Part shown: positions 9,960 through 19,241 of the stretch, piece by piece
Numbering within the stretch: position 1 is the stretch's first letter
How the letters are laid out: every line of letters starts with the position of its first letter
DNA from: a virus
Taxonomy: Duplodnaviria; Heunggongvirae; Uroviricota; Caudoviricetes
IMG/VR virus record: IMGVR_UViG_3300043036_000338
Length of the DNA: 64,000 bases
Strand: one strand, 5' to 3'
Made by a program: the position numbers and the translations under genes
Notes under the pieces: model-generated
What the model was told of the DNA's origin: nothing
Seen by the model: only the letters and a program-made list of their open reading frames with translations
The model's database searches: none

Positions 9960-10265
9960 TTAATTATATAAACATGTTTAAGTGAGCCCGTTAGGTTATA
10001 CGGTGGAGCTCATACCGCAAGAGATTAAGCCGCTAGGCGAACCTCAGGTGCGAAATTTTCATTTGCCTTTAGTTTATTTAGCCGATACGAGGCCATCCGG
10101 TAAACTCCACTCTATCTTCACACCTGTCGATCCTAATTTCGACCCCAGCAAAGATACACTACCAGACGGCGTAAAGCCTATCCCCGTGTCAAAAGACCAT
10201 AAGCAGTGTATCTATGGTGGAGTCGTGCGGTACCGCCCCGCAGTCCAGAATGTGTCCATGTTGCT
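9960..10265 (-). ncRNA. ssrA: tmRNA (ssrA), apparently circularly permuted two-piece form
   Basis: minus strand: GGGGTCGAAATTAGGATCGAC (10146-10126) matches the tmRNA 5' consensus; tag frame GCA AAT GAA AAT TTC GCA CCT GAG GTT CGC CTA GCG GCT TAA = ANENFAPEVRLAA* (10066-10025); T-arm-like hairpin plus CGACTCCACCA 3' end (10246-10215) lies upstream of the GGGG 5' end and pairs with it, including G3:U70. Confidence 0.6.
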
Positions 10266-10321
10266 TCAATATTTACAAGTCTATTTATAACACCTTAATT
10301 AGTATATGTCAACCATTGTTT

Positions 10322-10621
10322 TCAAAGGTGTCCCCATGGTGTCCATGCTTTAGAATTATCAGTATCGGTAAAGTCATAGGTCTTTTCAAAGATGGCTTTA
10401 TCACAAATATAAAGTTCAGCATCAATACCCATCATGAGATAGTCACCAGCTTTACCTTGCTTGTAATTACCTTCAAGAGTATTGACACGGAACTCTTCAT
10501 GTATCTGTTTGGCATGAACAACAATAGGTCGTTTCATACAAGGTTGTAAATTATGCACATATTCATAAGTTTCAAACGTTTTCATATCAACCTCTATCAT
10601 ATCGCCTAATTGTTTCTTCAT
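10322..10621 (-). CDS. hypothetical protein
   Basis: ORF 99 aa. Confidence 0.35.
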   Translation of the reverse strand: MKKQLGDMIEVDMKTFETYEYVHNLQPCMKRPIVVHAKQIHEEFRVNTLEGNYKQGKAGDYLMMGIDAELYICDKAIFEKTYDFTDTDNSKAWTPWGHL

Positions 10622-10719
10622 GTGTTAACTTATGTTTTGGTGTTGTCACAGGCACAGGAGGATTATCATCTTTCTTTTTAGCATCCTCTATGTCTGTTTC
10701 AAGTTTTTTATTATCCCAT

Positions 10720-11187
10720 TTAGCCATTGTCAGTTTCTTTCTTGTAAAAAATATGTCCGTCAATCTTTGTAGTAACAACATATGATTTTCTCCAAGAAGG
10801 TTTACTATTTAATGTGTGAAACATAACAGCACCATCTGTTGGATCGTTGCTAACCTTATGGGTTTTAAGAATCACATATGCTATATATAAGGCTCTAGCC
10901 CATGCATTATCATCCTTAGGATCATCAGACTTTTTATCTCTTGTCCATGAGAATTGACCTCTATCATAGACAACATCACAAATATCGTCTGGGTATTCTG
11001 GAGAGTTAGTCCTATTAAGAGTCACCCATGCAACAGCTTTTTGACCCAGACTAGATTCACCTCTTGATTCAAAATAAACATTAAGTGCTAGACAATTTAA
11101 TTCATTCATATAATCATCATGTAGTGCTTCAACTTTAGTACTTGTTAAGATACTAGTGAGAATAATTATTCCTAAGATATATCTCAT
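10720..11187 (-). CDS. cell wall hydrolase, SleB/CwlJ (Hydrolase_2) family with signal peptide
   Basis: NVYFESRGESSLGQKAVAWVTLNR...ICDVVYDRGQFSW conserved SleB-type motifs. Confidence 0.55.
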   Translation of the reverse strand: MRYILGIIILTSILTSTKVEALHDDYMNELNCLALNVYFESRGESSLGQKAVAWVTLNRTNSPEYPDDICDVVYDRGQFSWTRDKKSDDPKDDNAWARALYIAYVILKTHKVSNDPTDGAVMFHTLNSKPSWRKSYVVTTKIDGHIFYKKETDNG

Positions 11188-11330
11188 TTTGTATTTCCTT
11201 ATATAGTTAAAATATATTAGTTATAACTCATTAATCCTTTCATATTATTCAGAACCATTAATTCATTATACCATACTATAGAACTTTGTCAATATAAATA
11301 TGTTATATACTTATACAAAAATTACGTACT

Positions 11331-11648
11331 ATGGACAGAACAATGGACAAAAAGTCAAGTCGCATTGGTTATGATAGTGATGGAGATGGTGTTATTTCAA
11401 ATAGTGATATTAAAAAGACTCAAGAGATAATTGAGATTGAGAATCTAGATAAAAAAGAAGACCAACAACGGCGCATGGCATGGATTGCTATGGCGTCAAT
11501 GGTCTTCTTTACAGCATTGTTATTTTTACCATGGATTGATACAGAACGCATCCAGGCTATAGATAATATCCTGGGCATGTTTTACATTGCCCAGGCTGGT
11601 GTAGTCGCTACATTTTTTGGAAGTCAAGCTTACATGAGCAGAAGTTAA
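11331..11648 (+). CDS. small membrane protein with EF-hand-like DSDGDGVISNSD motif
   Basis: only convincing plus-strand gene in this region; predicted TM segment. Confidence 0.3.
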   Translation: MDRTMDKKSSRIGYDSDGDGVISNSDIKKTQEIIEIENLDKKEDQQRRMAWIAMASMVFFTALLFLPWIDTERIQAIDNILGMFYIAQAGVVATFFGSQAYMSRS

Positions 11649-12595
11649 GCAGCCTCTGCCATTTCCAAGGCCAATTCCAAGGCCTGAGTTTTCAGCTTTT
11701 TGTTAGTGCCATACCATGCCGATTGCATCCGCGTATCGGCCGAGCGACCCAATTCATGGTCAGTCATGAAGGTAATCGAGTTAAAGGCAGACCACCAAGA
11801 GCCTTCGGCAAACTCAGCACCTGGTTGTTCAATCAGAACTTCCATTGCACGGGCGGCGGTGCGGCTCAATTCACCTTCCTTCTTGTTTGACATACCCAAC
11901 AACTCACCGAAGTATTGTTTGACGGTATCCTCAGTGGTGCGCTTGGAGCCAAGGAAGGAAGCCATTTCCTTGTATTGCGACATCTTGAAGTGTGCAATGC
12001 CCATCATATCTTTGACAGCATCAGCATCAAACTTTTGACGGTGGTTCAACTTGACTGCATTTGCAGCGGTCTGGTTGAGCGACAATGTCAAGGTGTTGTT
12101 ACATACCACACGGATAGGAGTAAACCGAATGTCGATGGTCTTGCCGTATTGGTGTGGGTTCGAGAAGAGCATGTAGCTCTCAACTTTATCACCATTGAAC
12201 AATTCAAAGTCATCATCAACTTTTGCCAAGGCCCAGATGATCTCACCGTTCTTCAAAGAACCTGCAGTGTGCATTTTCATCTTACCAGCATCGGTGAAGT
12301 CCTTGAAGAACTCAAAGGCCTCTTCGTTTTGGACAGGGTGCCAACCCTTGCCGACCTGAGTCAATACACGGCCGTCAGTTTCACGGATCAGTGCTTTCAT
12401 ACCGGTTGGGACTTTTTTGCCGTTGAACTCAGCAAAGGTTTCAACCTCTTGTACACGCCAGTCAACACCAGCAGCCTTCATCATATCGGCAGGAGCCAAA
12501 TCATCGGCAACCTGAACACCCAGGCCATGCCAAGGCAATTCACCGACAAATGCCATCTGAGCAGCGCCGTTAACAAATTCAATCTCGTGAGCCAT
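11645..12595 (-). CDS. DUF932/TIGR03299 phage-plasmid family protein
   Basis: N-terminus MAHEIEFVNGAAQMAFVGELPWHGLG typical of the family; locally higher GC. Confidence 0.5.
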   Translation of the reverse strand: MAHEIEFVNGAAQMAFVGELPWHGLGVQVADDLAPADMMKAAGVDWRVQEVETFAEFNGKKVPTGMKALIRETDGRVLTQVGKGWHPVQNEEAFEFFKDFTDAGKMKMHTAGSLKNGEIIWALAKVDDDFELFNGDKVESYMLFSNPHQYGKTIDIRFTPIRVVCNNTLTLSLNQTAANAVKLNHRQKFDADAVKDMMGIAHFKMSQYKEMASFLGSKRTTEDTVKQYFGELLGMSNKKEGELSRTAARAMEVLIEQPGAEFAEGSWWSAFNSITFMTDHELGRSADTRMQSAWYGTNKKLKTQALELALEMAEAA

Positions 12596-12655
12596 TTTGT
12601 ATTCCTCTGTTTTGTTTTGGTTACATAGTCAACATAACATACAATTAAAACAATG

Positions 12656-12838
12656 TCAACAATTATTTTTAAAATATTTCACAACCATCATATCTTTTTC
12701 AGTCAGCTTTTTCACAAAGGGCATACCTTGGTGAGCAACAAGATCACCGACACGAGCAAACTCATTTGCAAGAATGTCATTGTGATAGGTCTTAGCGACA
12801 GTCATCATGCGATCGCCTAGGATTTGAAGTTTATTCAT
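12656..12838 (-). CDS. hypothetical small protein
   Basis: ORF 60 aa. Confidence 0.3.
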   Translation of the reverse strand: MNKLQILGDRMMTVAKTYHNDILANEFARVGDLVAHQGMPFVKKLTEKDMMVVKYFKNNC

Positions 12839-12850
12839 GGTCAGTTCTCC

Positions 12851-13228
12851 TTATGCTGCAAACAAGAATTTTGCCATATCTTCGGCACATTTGTAACGCT
12901 TACCGTCAGAAGCTTTCTGATAGATGAAAGGCATCTTATGGGCACGACTGTTATAGCCAACAAGTTCATCACCATTGGCATTCTTCAGTTTTAGACCTTT
13001 CAGTTTGATCACAGTCTCAAGCATAGAATCGGCACGAGTTTTCACACCGATGACCTTAGCCGTCACTTTGATCTCGACTTCAGCTTCACTGAACTTCATA
13101 TTGCCGACAGCAATCTCAAGATTTGCGGCAACACCGTATTTTTCAAGGACGGCAGCCATTTCAGCGCGAAGAGCTTTCAGATTAGCACGGTCAAACTTAG
13201 CAAATTTAGTCATTGTCATTTCCTTCAT
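12851..13228 (-). CDS. hypothetical early protein
   Basis: ORF 125 aa preceded by early promoter cassette. Confidence 0.4.
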   Translation of the reverse strand: MKEMTMTKFAKFDRANLKALRAEMAAVLEKYGVAANLEIAVGNMKFSEAEVEIKVTAKVIGVKTRADSMLETVIKLKGLKLKNANGDELVGYNSRAHKMPFIYQKASDGKRYKCAEDMAKFLFAA

Positions 13229-13231
13229 TGG

Positions 13232-13275
13232 TTACATATACTTTATAATATAAACAAAAGCAAATGTCAACAACA
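13232..13275 (-). promoter_or_regulatory. T4-early-type sigma70 promoter plus conserved leader (representative of >20 copies)
   Basis: minus strand AAAATAGTTGTTGACA-17nt-TATAAT/TATAAA then TATATGTAACCAATGAAGGA leader with Shine-Dalgarno. Confidence 0.6.
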
Positions 13276-13283
13276 AAATGCAT

Positions 13284-13529
13284 TTATTTCAAATTATTTT
13301 TTGTTTCAATCAGAACACAAGGTGCCTCGGTTTCAATCCAAAGCTTTGCACCACATGGTCTAGGACTGTCTGGTCTATAGATCATTCGACTAGGACCTTG
13401 TATATCGACTTCCATACAGTATTGTACAACACCATTGGTTTCGACACGGACAACTGGTTCCGCCCGACTATGCTTTGCATTCTGTTGAATGATGTTTCTA
13501 TTGATATGGATAATGGTTGTGGTAGCCAT
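13284..13529 (-). CDS. hypothetical small protein
   Basis: ORF 81 aa. Confidence 0.3.
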   Translation of the reverse strand: MATTTIIHINRNIIQQNAKHSRAEPVVRVETNGVVQYCMEVDIQGPSRMIYRPDSPRPCGAKLWIETEAPCVLIETKNNLK

Positions 13530-13532
13530 ATG

Positions 13533-13880
13533 TTATCTCCGCATTGCACTCACTTCGATGGCCTGTTCGGCTGTAGTGATGGGGATGGCATTGCTCTTAT
13601 GTGTTGTAGCAATACCTTTGATCAATGTACCAGTATATACATTCCGTTCCTTTGCAGCACCATTCGAGCATACTTTATTGCTCAAAGGAACCGAAGGTTT
13701 TGTTGACTTGTAGTCTGGAATACTATTGACAGAAGACTTGGCTACTTTATTGTAACCTTGTTCTTCCATCCATTTCTCATGTCGTTCCTGTGCAGCTAGA
13801 AGCCGTTTATTCTTTGTCTTTTTTGTCTTGCTGTTATACTTTGTGGTCGCCATATACGGACCAACAAGATGCATTGTCAT
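13533..13880 (-). CDS. hypothetical basic protein
   Basis: ORF 115 aa. Confidence 0.35.
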   Translation of the reverse strand: MTMHLVGPYMATTKYNSKTKKTKNKRLLAAQERHEKWMEEQGYNKVAKSSVNSIPDYKSTKPSVPLSNKVCSNGAAKERNVYTGTLIKGIATTHKSNAIPITTAEQAIEVSAMRR

Positions 13881-14059
13881 TTCCAGCCTCCGATAGGGGA
13901 ATATGTCGATACAATTTTATTCGAACTCATCTCAACAATGTTGCACTCGAACCCACATGCAACTGCTGCATCCTTAGCTTTTGATACATCAGTGAACTTC
14001 TTCCCCAATGCATGACCAAAATTATAGAACTGAACTTCATAGTACATGTCATTCTACCT

Positions 14060-14323
14060 TTAATAAGAGTATTTGTCTTTGAATGCTGCATTCGGAAACA
14101 ATTGTTTCAGAGCAGTAACAATGTGAGCATCAACCACTGACCGATCAGTATAGGCTTCCTCAGTAATACCAGAACGGTGAGCAATCGTCCATGCACTTGT
14201 AGCATCAGTCACATGGGAACGTTCAGTGATGCCGAACCGATCGGTAATACCAAAGTTCTTAGAAAACCATACATCAATCATCTCGGTCCAACGAACAATT
14301 GTTTCTTGATCAAACTTTGACAT
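14060..14323 (-). CDS. hypothetical small protein
   Basis: ORF 87 aa. Confidence 0.35.
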   Translation of the reverse strand: MSKFDQETIVRWTEMIDVWFSKNFGITDRFGITERSHVTDATSAWTIAHRSGITEEAYTDRSVVDAHIVTALKQLFPNAAFKDKYSY

Positions 14324-14544
14324 TAGATATTGATCCCTTCAAAGTAACGAATGTCAGCTTCGGTAGTCCATGGATCCTCATTTTGAATCCGCATAACAAA
14401 TTCAGCCCAAAGACCTTTGGCTTTGGCATCAAGTGCACGGGACAATCCAAAATCATTTGCAGCAAAAGCAAGTTTGGAATTGCGGATCATGGACTTAATG
14501 GCGTCACGGATTTGGTCAATTGTCAAGTCAGCATATTTGGTCAT
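14323..14544 (-). CDS. hypothetical small protein
   Basis: ORF 73 aa. Confidence 0.35.
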   Translation of the reverse strand: MTKYADLTIDQIRDAIKSMIRNSKLAFAANDFGLSRALDAKAKGLWAEFVMRIQNEDPWTTEADIRYFEGINI

Positions 14545-14556
14545 GGTCAGTTCTCC

Positions 14557-14748
14557 TTAGTTGAAGCTGCGAACAAAGACGACTTTGTCGGTGATCATAT
14601 CCGACAGGCAGACTGTTTCTTGTGACAACTCCCGCAATGCCAAGAAGGCCTCAGCGGCTGCGACTGTCTCAAAAGATACCTTTTCCAGGCGGGCTGACGA
14701 AGTGAGCACATATGCAACAAACCGTTTAGTCATGTCATGTTCCTTCAT
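14557..14748 (-). CDS. hypothetical small protein
   Basis: ORF 63 aa preceded by early promoter cassette at 14745-14795. Confidence 0.35.
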   Translation of the reverse strand: MKEHDMTKRFVAYVLTSSARLEKVSFETVAAAEAFLALRELSQETVCLSDMITDKVVFVRSFN

Positions 14749-14824
14749 TGGTTACATATACTTTATAAAACAAACTAAAGTATATGTCAACAACAAAATG
14801 CATTTATTTCAAATTATTTTTCAA

Positions 14825-15052
14825 TCAATCCTTGGCTTTTACAATATGACCGCTTTTGGTGAAAGTTGACCATACATATCCTGCTCGACGAGTTGCATTT
14901 AAAAGATCGGATTTATCTTCGACGTGCAAAAAAATAGAGATGAATTTATTGAAAAATTGATCTTGAGTAAATTGTCTATCTTTAAATGTTCTTTTCATAG
15001 CTCGATCATACCAGACATTGCTTTTAATTCTCTTATTCGTGTATGTATACAT
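14825..15052 (-). CDS. hypothetical small protein
   Basis: ORF 75 aa. Confidence 0.3.
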   Translation of the reverse strand: MYTYTNKRIKSNVWYDRAMKRTFKDRQFTQDQFFNKFISIFLHVEDKSDLLNATRRAGYVWSTFTKSGHIVKAKD

Positions 15053-15241
15053 ATTAAAGTTCCTTTAATTATTCAACAGTAGGCCATGGAATCAACTCAA
15101 CTTTATATGATTCAATGCCCCACTTTTCAGGTGCACCAAATTTTCTTACGCTCATTGTTTGAGCATCAGCTTCATCTTTTGCATATTCATAACCCAAAAA
15201 GTTATTTCCTGCAAAAATCTTCCAAGTGCGGTTATCCCATA

Positions 15242-15760
15242 TCATGCTAGTTCCTTCACTTTAAACCATTCTGGTACTTCACGTTTAGTCCAAGACATCT
15301 TGAACCGGTCTTGTTTTGTTTGATAGAACTCACGGTATGACCGAACAGGATCATTCGGATGCATGCACTCTGGATTTGAACCCATCGCCAATGGAAATTG
15401 TGTCCGATAGTTGGTCGGCAAATTCTTTGGATAGTTTGCCAATGGATTACGCAACAATGTATCGGTAGAATGTACTTTGCCATAGCGGTGATTATATTCG
15501 TCACACAGCGCAGTAAAGTGCACATAGTGCCACCAATAGTTGCCAGTGTTGATGGTTGACCACACAGTGCATGGATGACCCATATGTACTGCCTTGTACA
15601 TAATAGAGTCACGGCTATCGGGCAATATCCAATGTTTTGATAATGTCTTGCCAGACTTGGATGGAGCACGTTTGAGTTCACCATCCAGCATACGATGAAC
15701 TGTCGAGAGCATTTGAGCAGACTCGACAATCATTTTTACTACATGTTTGTCACACTGCAA
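15242..15760 (-). CDS. hypothetical Trp-rich protein
   Basis: ORF 172 aa; early promoter at 15820-15865. Confidence 0.4.
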   Translation of the reverse strand: MQCDKHVVKMIVESAQMLSTVHRMLDGELKRAPSKSGKTLSKHWILPDSRDSIMYKAVHMGHPCTVWSTINTGNYWWHYVHFTALCDEYNHRYGKVHSTDTLLRNPLANYPKNLPTNYRTQFPLAMGSNPECMHPNDPVRSYREFYQTKQDRFKMSWTKREVPEWFKVKELA

Positions 15761-15865
15761 TTGTGCAGCAGCAACTGGATCTTTGTCAAGGATGAAAATA
15801 TTAATTTTTTATTCCCCATATGTTTACATTAGTTTTATAATATAACCAGAACCAAATGTCAACAA

Positions 15866-16063
15866 CTATTTTTGGTGAGTCTGATTTACGCCAAGAATAC
15901 CGAGGATAACTGACTTGATGTGGTAGCATTCAAACTTCATCTTCTTTTTGCAGTTACACACGAAGCCGTCTGATAGCATTTCTACCTGAAACTGACCATG
16001 TGGCCAGACAGTGCCGACTAACATATTGCCATCGGTGTTGATGTGTCTATGATTGAATGTCAT
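15866..16063 (-). CDS. hypothetical Cys-containing small protein
   Basis: ORF 65 aa. Confidence 0.3.
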   Translation of the reverse strand: MTFNHRHINTDGNMLVGTVWPHGQFQVEMLSDGFVCNCKKKMKFECYHIKSVILGILGVNQTHQK

Positions 16064-16072
16064 TCAGTTCTC

Positions 16073-16273
16073 CTATTTCACTCTATCTAAAATTTCAAAT
16101 TCATCTGAGTGATAATCATAGACTCGTCTAGTTTTGAATCGCTTATCTAGCTTAACCAAAGCTACGTTATCAACAAAACCACCGCCCACAATAGTGCCCT
16201 CTTTTCCACCAGTTGGTCTATTGCCGATAATTCTAACCCTATCGCCATACTTCCAATTGGTCATCGTGCCCAC
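16073..16273 (-). CDS. hypothetical small protein (KOW/SH3-like?)
   Basis: ORF 66 aa. Confidence 0.3.
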   Translation of the reverse strand: MGTMTNWKYGDRVRIIGNRPTGGKEGTIVGGGFVDNVALVKLDKRFKTRRVYDYHSDEFEILDRVK

Positions 16274-16521
16274 ATATCATTGTTAGGATTCCGCAGTCGA
16301 TCATTCTCACGCTGCAACTCTTCTGTGGTCTGGTCCCACGCAACATGGAGCATATCAATAACCGTATTGAGCGAAGTGATTTCGAGTTGCAACTCTTCGA
16401 TGCGATCAGCGGCAGCACTCATGCTTTCTGCCATCATTTTATAAAGATGATCTTTATTGAGTGCCATAGACATCACGGGCGGGTTTCGTAGTTGGTACAT
16501 CAAAAGTTCTGTGTCAGTCAT
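16261..16521 (-). CDS. hypothetical small protein
   Basis: ORF 86 aa. Confidence 0.3.
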   Translation of the reverse strand: MTDTELLMYQLRNPPVMSMALNKDHLYKMMAESMSAAADRIEELQLEITSLNTVIDMLHVAWDQTTEELQRENDRLRNPNNDMWAR

Positions 16522-16730
16522 TATACAATCTCCAAAATATCAGCTTCATCACGGAAAAAAGAAGTTCCATGGGTGTTCCAAAACATCATATCATCATGAT
16601 CATCATATGCATAAATCACATCAATCTGCCACCCGTTTTGACCAGCAGGATTGAAATGCAGTATTACAATAGAACCATCAACCAGACGGGCATTTTCCCC
16701 ATTCTGGGCTGCCTGAGTGTATTCGGTCAT
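16521..16730 (-). CDS. hypothetical small protein
   Basis: ORF 69 aa. Confidence 0.3.
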   Translation of the reverse strand: MTEYTQAAQNGENARLVDGSIVILHFNPAGQNGWQIDVIYAYDDHDDMMFWNTHGTSFFRDEADILEIV

Positions 16731-16741
16731 CTTAGTTCTCC

Positions 16742-16996
16742 TTAATAAGCCAAGTAGGAAACAGAAATGATAGGATCATCGCCAAGTTTATACTCTTTAG
16801 CATATTCTACAGCCTTAGTAACCGCTTCCATGAAAGTCGGTGCCGTCACTGTCACCGGTATGGTCTTACCAACATAGCGAACCATCCACGTAGTCATAGT
16901 CTTTGCTCCATCACAATGCCCACAAGTACCTTCGGCACAGGCAACTCCTTCTTCTCTGTAACAAATCCCAGTCTCTGCTTCCCAATGTCCAGCCAT
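16742..16996 (-). CDS. hypothetical Cys-rich small protein
   Basis: ORF 84 aa; promoter at 17010-17055. Confidence 0.35.
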   Translation of the reverse strand: MAGHWEAETGICYREEGVACAEGTCGHCDGAKTMTTWMVRYVGKTIPVTVTAPTFMEAVTKAVEYAKEYKLGDDPIISVSYLAY

Positions 16997-17054
16997 TTGA
17001 TCTCTTCCCTTTTGGTTACATATACTTTATAATATAAACAAAAGTAAATGTCAA

Positions 17055-17083
17055 CAAAAAAGAGCGCCGAAGCGCTCTTTTTC
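17055..17083 (-). terminator. rho-independent terminator
   Basis: aaaaaaGAGCGCcgaaGCGCTCttttt; identical copies at 20260-20290 and 21925-21952. Confidence 0.6.
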
Positions 17084-17093
17084 ACAACTATTT

Positions 17094-17762
17094 TCAGATA
17101 CCTTTGAGTTCTGTATATTTTTTTCGGAGTACAATGAAGTTGTGAATATGATCATCACGGTTCTCAATAAAGACTTGTGGGTCATCACTATCGACTGCTA
17201 CAATCGTTACCAGTTGCTTGATGGGTTTACCTATACGCTCTTCGAAGGCAACAGCATAGAACGATTCTTGCATGAAGTAATTCTGAATCCACTCACGTTT
17301 CTTTGGCTTACGAGAGGTTTTGAAGTCAATAATTGACAGTTTACCATTCCATTCTGCAACCAAGTCAACACGACCAGCTACTCGGATAAAATGTGAATAA
17401 AGAGGTGCTTCTTGGAACCAGATGTTATCTAGATGTTTGTCTAACAATGGTTTAATCTGATTGAAGGTAAACATATTGGTTGGCATTTTACCGACGGCAT
17501 AGTCTGGCTTGTTGTCAATATACTCTTCGGCAATCAAGTGAACTTCAGTTCCTCGAATGCCAGCCTGAGTGACAATTTTGGCTGCTTGTTCTTCACCAAC
17601 ACTTTTCTTCCATTTTTCAAGACCATCCTTCTCCATAATAGATAGGACTGTAGTGACCGATGGATACTTTTCACCTGTTGGTGGGTAATAGAATCTTCCA
17701 GTTGGAGTAGTATCACAATGTAGATCAGGTAGAATTAACCCGTGTTTCACATGATTAAACAT
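17094..17762 (-). CDS. PD-(D/E)xK nuclease superfamily protein (Cas4/RecB-like exonuclease fold)
   Basis: GRVDLV...IIDFKTS motif arrangement; 222 aa. Confidence 0.45.
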   Translation of the reverse strand: MFNHVKHGLILPDLHCDTTPTGRFYYPPTGEKYPSVTTVLSIMEKDGLEKWKKSVGEEQAAKIVTQAGIRGTEVHLIAEEYIDNKPDYAVGKMPTNMFTFNQIKPLLDKHLDNIWFQEAPLYSHFIRVAGRVDLVAEWNGKLSIIDFKTSRKPKKREWIQNYFMQESFYAVAFEERIGKPIKQLVTIVAVDSDDPQVFIENRDDHIHNFIVLRKKYTELKGI

Positions 17763-17764
17763 TT

Positions 17765-18019
17765 TTATCCTATAATTACAGTACTTGATCCTGTAGCAGA
17801 ATGACCGCAGGATGCAGTATCACCAGTTTTGACTATTGACTTACCACCGATTTTAACACTTGATGTACCAGAAATAGTGGCTGCAGCATGAAGGCCAATA
17901 CCATGTGGTTGCACAGCATCACCATCTACAATCACTAATTTACCATTAAAGTAAACAGTTGATTGTGATGAAATTAATGCACCACCGGCCAAATCATTCT
18001 GAAGGCAAGCTGCCGGCAT
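17765..18019 (-). CDS. PAAR-repeat protein (gp5.4-like spike tip)
   Basis: MPAACLQNDLAGG...VDGDAVQPHG...GHSATGSS; 84 aa. Confidence 0.5.
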   Translation of the reverse strand: MPAACLQNDLAGGALISSQSTVYFNGKLVIVDGDAVQPHGIGLHAAATISGTSSVKIGGKSIVKTGDTASCGHSATGSSTVIIG

Positions 18020-18171
18020 CTTTCACCTCTCGTATTGTAACCATATCATCACTTATGATCCATTCAATAAGTGTATCCTCGGTCCATCCCATTTGATTGA
18101 GTAGTTCAACGGGGAATTGAACAATCGCATCCCCGTTGATATCTTCTTGTACTTCCATAGTGTATGTCATA

Positions 18172-18927
18172 TTAATATCCTAATTTGTCTCTTGCAATAA
18201 TGTATGATTTGACCAAGTCACTACGAACAATATCATCAATGAAAAATTCAACAAATTTAAATTCACTCATACTGCTAATGATCTTCATAAAATCAGCAAT
18301 ACCTGACTGTTCGTTATAGCGCTTGTTAGTAAGGTCGTCTTGTTTAATATCACCGGCAAAGATGATTCGGCAATTCTGTCCAACACGAGTCATAATGGTA
18401 TGCAATTCACCATCGTTCATGTTCTGCATTTCATCAACAACAATAATACAATCATCAAAGGTAACGCCTCTTAGAAATGATGTACTTCTAAATTCAATAA
18501 TATCCTTTTGCTTTAAAATAGAATATGAATCACCACGACCGAAGAACTTTTGGCAGATAGGTGGATATGGTTCTTCATATACCGCTTCTTTCTGTGCTTT
18601 AGTTCCTGGCATAAAGCCTTGATCACGAGCAGAAACAGTTGATCGAACGATCCAAACTTTTTTCTGTGGTGTGTTTTTATTCATCACTGTTTTTAATGCA
18701 AAGTATAGAGCAAGGAATGTCTTACCTGTACCAGCAATACCATGTAACATGACATTATTGTCATCATCCCATGCATCAAAGGCTTTGCCTTGATTCAAAG
18801 TCATAGGTCTAATATCTTCTACAATATTAAATGAAGCAGATAGTCTATTACCATCCTCCAACACTCCTTGTTGCTTTAATCCACGCTTTTGTCTTTTATT
18901 GATTCGTTGTTGTTGTTGAAAAGCCAT
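18172..18927 (-). CDS. phoH: PhoH-like ATPase
   Basis: Walker A GIAGTGKT, VVDEMQNM, PhoH family architecture. Confidence 0.8.
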   Translation of the reverse strand: MAFQQQQRINKRQKRGLKQQGVLEDGNRLSASFNIVEDIRPMTLNQGKAFDAWDDDNNVMLHGIAGTGKTFLALYFALKTVMNKNTPQKKVWIVRSTVSARDQGFMPGTKAQKEAVYEEPYPPICQKFFGRGDSYSILKQKDIIEFRSTSFLRGVTFDDCIIVVDEMQNMNDGELHTIMTRVGQNCRIIFAGDIKQDDLTNKRYNEQSGIADFMKIISSMSEFKFVEFFIDDIVRSDLVKSYIIARDKLGY

Positions 18928-18935
18928 AATTGTCC

Positions 18936-19226
18936 TCAGTTGCGAGTTTCAATAGTACTATGTAAATGTGCCTTCTTGGCCTTTTTTAGTACGTCGTTAA
19001 ATCCGTCATCAATTCTACGGAAGCCTAATCGGACTGAGTCTCCAATAGATACCATTGGTGGTACTTGCATGTAATCTTGATTTTCTTCTAGGAATTTCTC
19101 TCTCTCTGCCAAAGATAAAATTTGTGTTACTTCTTCAAGGGTTTCCTTGTTACGAAAAGTATACGTCGGCAATATAATACTCCTTAATAAAAAAGGCGGC
19201 ATAGTAGCCGCCTTCACTTCCACCAT
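18936..19226 (-). CDS. hypothetical protein
   Basis: ORF 96 aa. Confidence 0.35.
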   Translation of the reverse strand: MVEVKAATMPPFLLRSIILPTYTFRNKETLEEVTQILSLAEREKFLEENQDYMQVPPMVSIGDSVRLGFRRIDDGFNDVLKKAKKAHLHSTIETRN

Positions 19227-19241
19227 AGGAGTATTTATAAT

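Noticed and set aside
9982-10290. plus-strand ORF (102 aa)
   Set aside because: region is better explained as the minus-strand tmRNA gene (GC-rich, structured, tag ORF on opposite strand)
11700-12628. plus-strand ORFs 11700..12038 and 11915..12628
   Set aside because: antisense to the DUF932 gene in a GC-rich stretch where long spurious ORFs are expected
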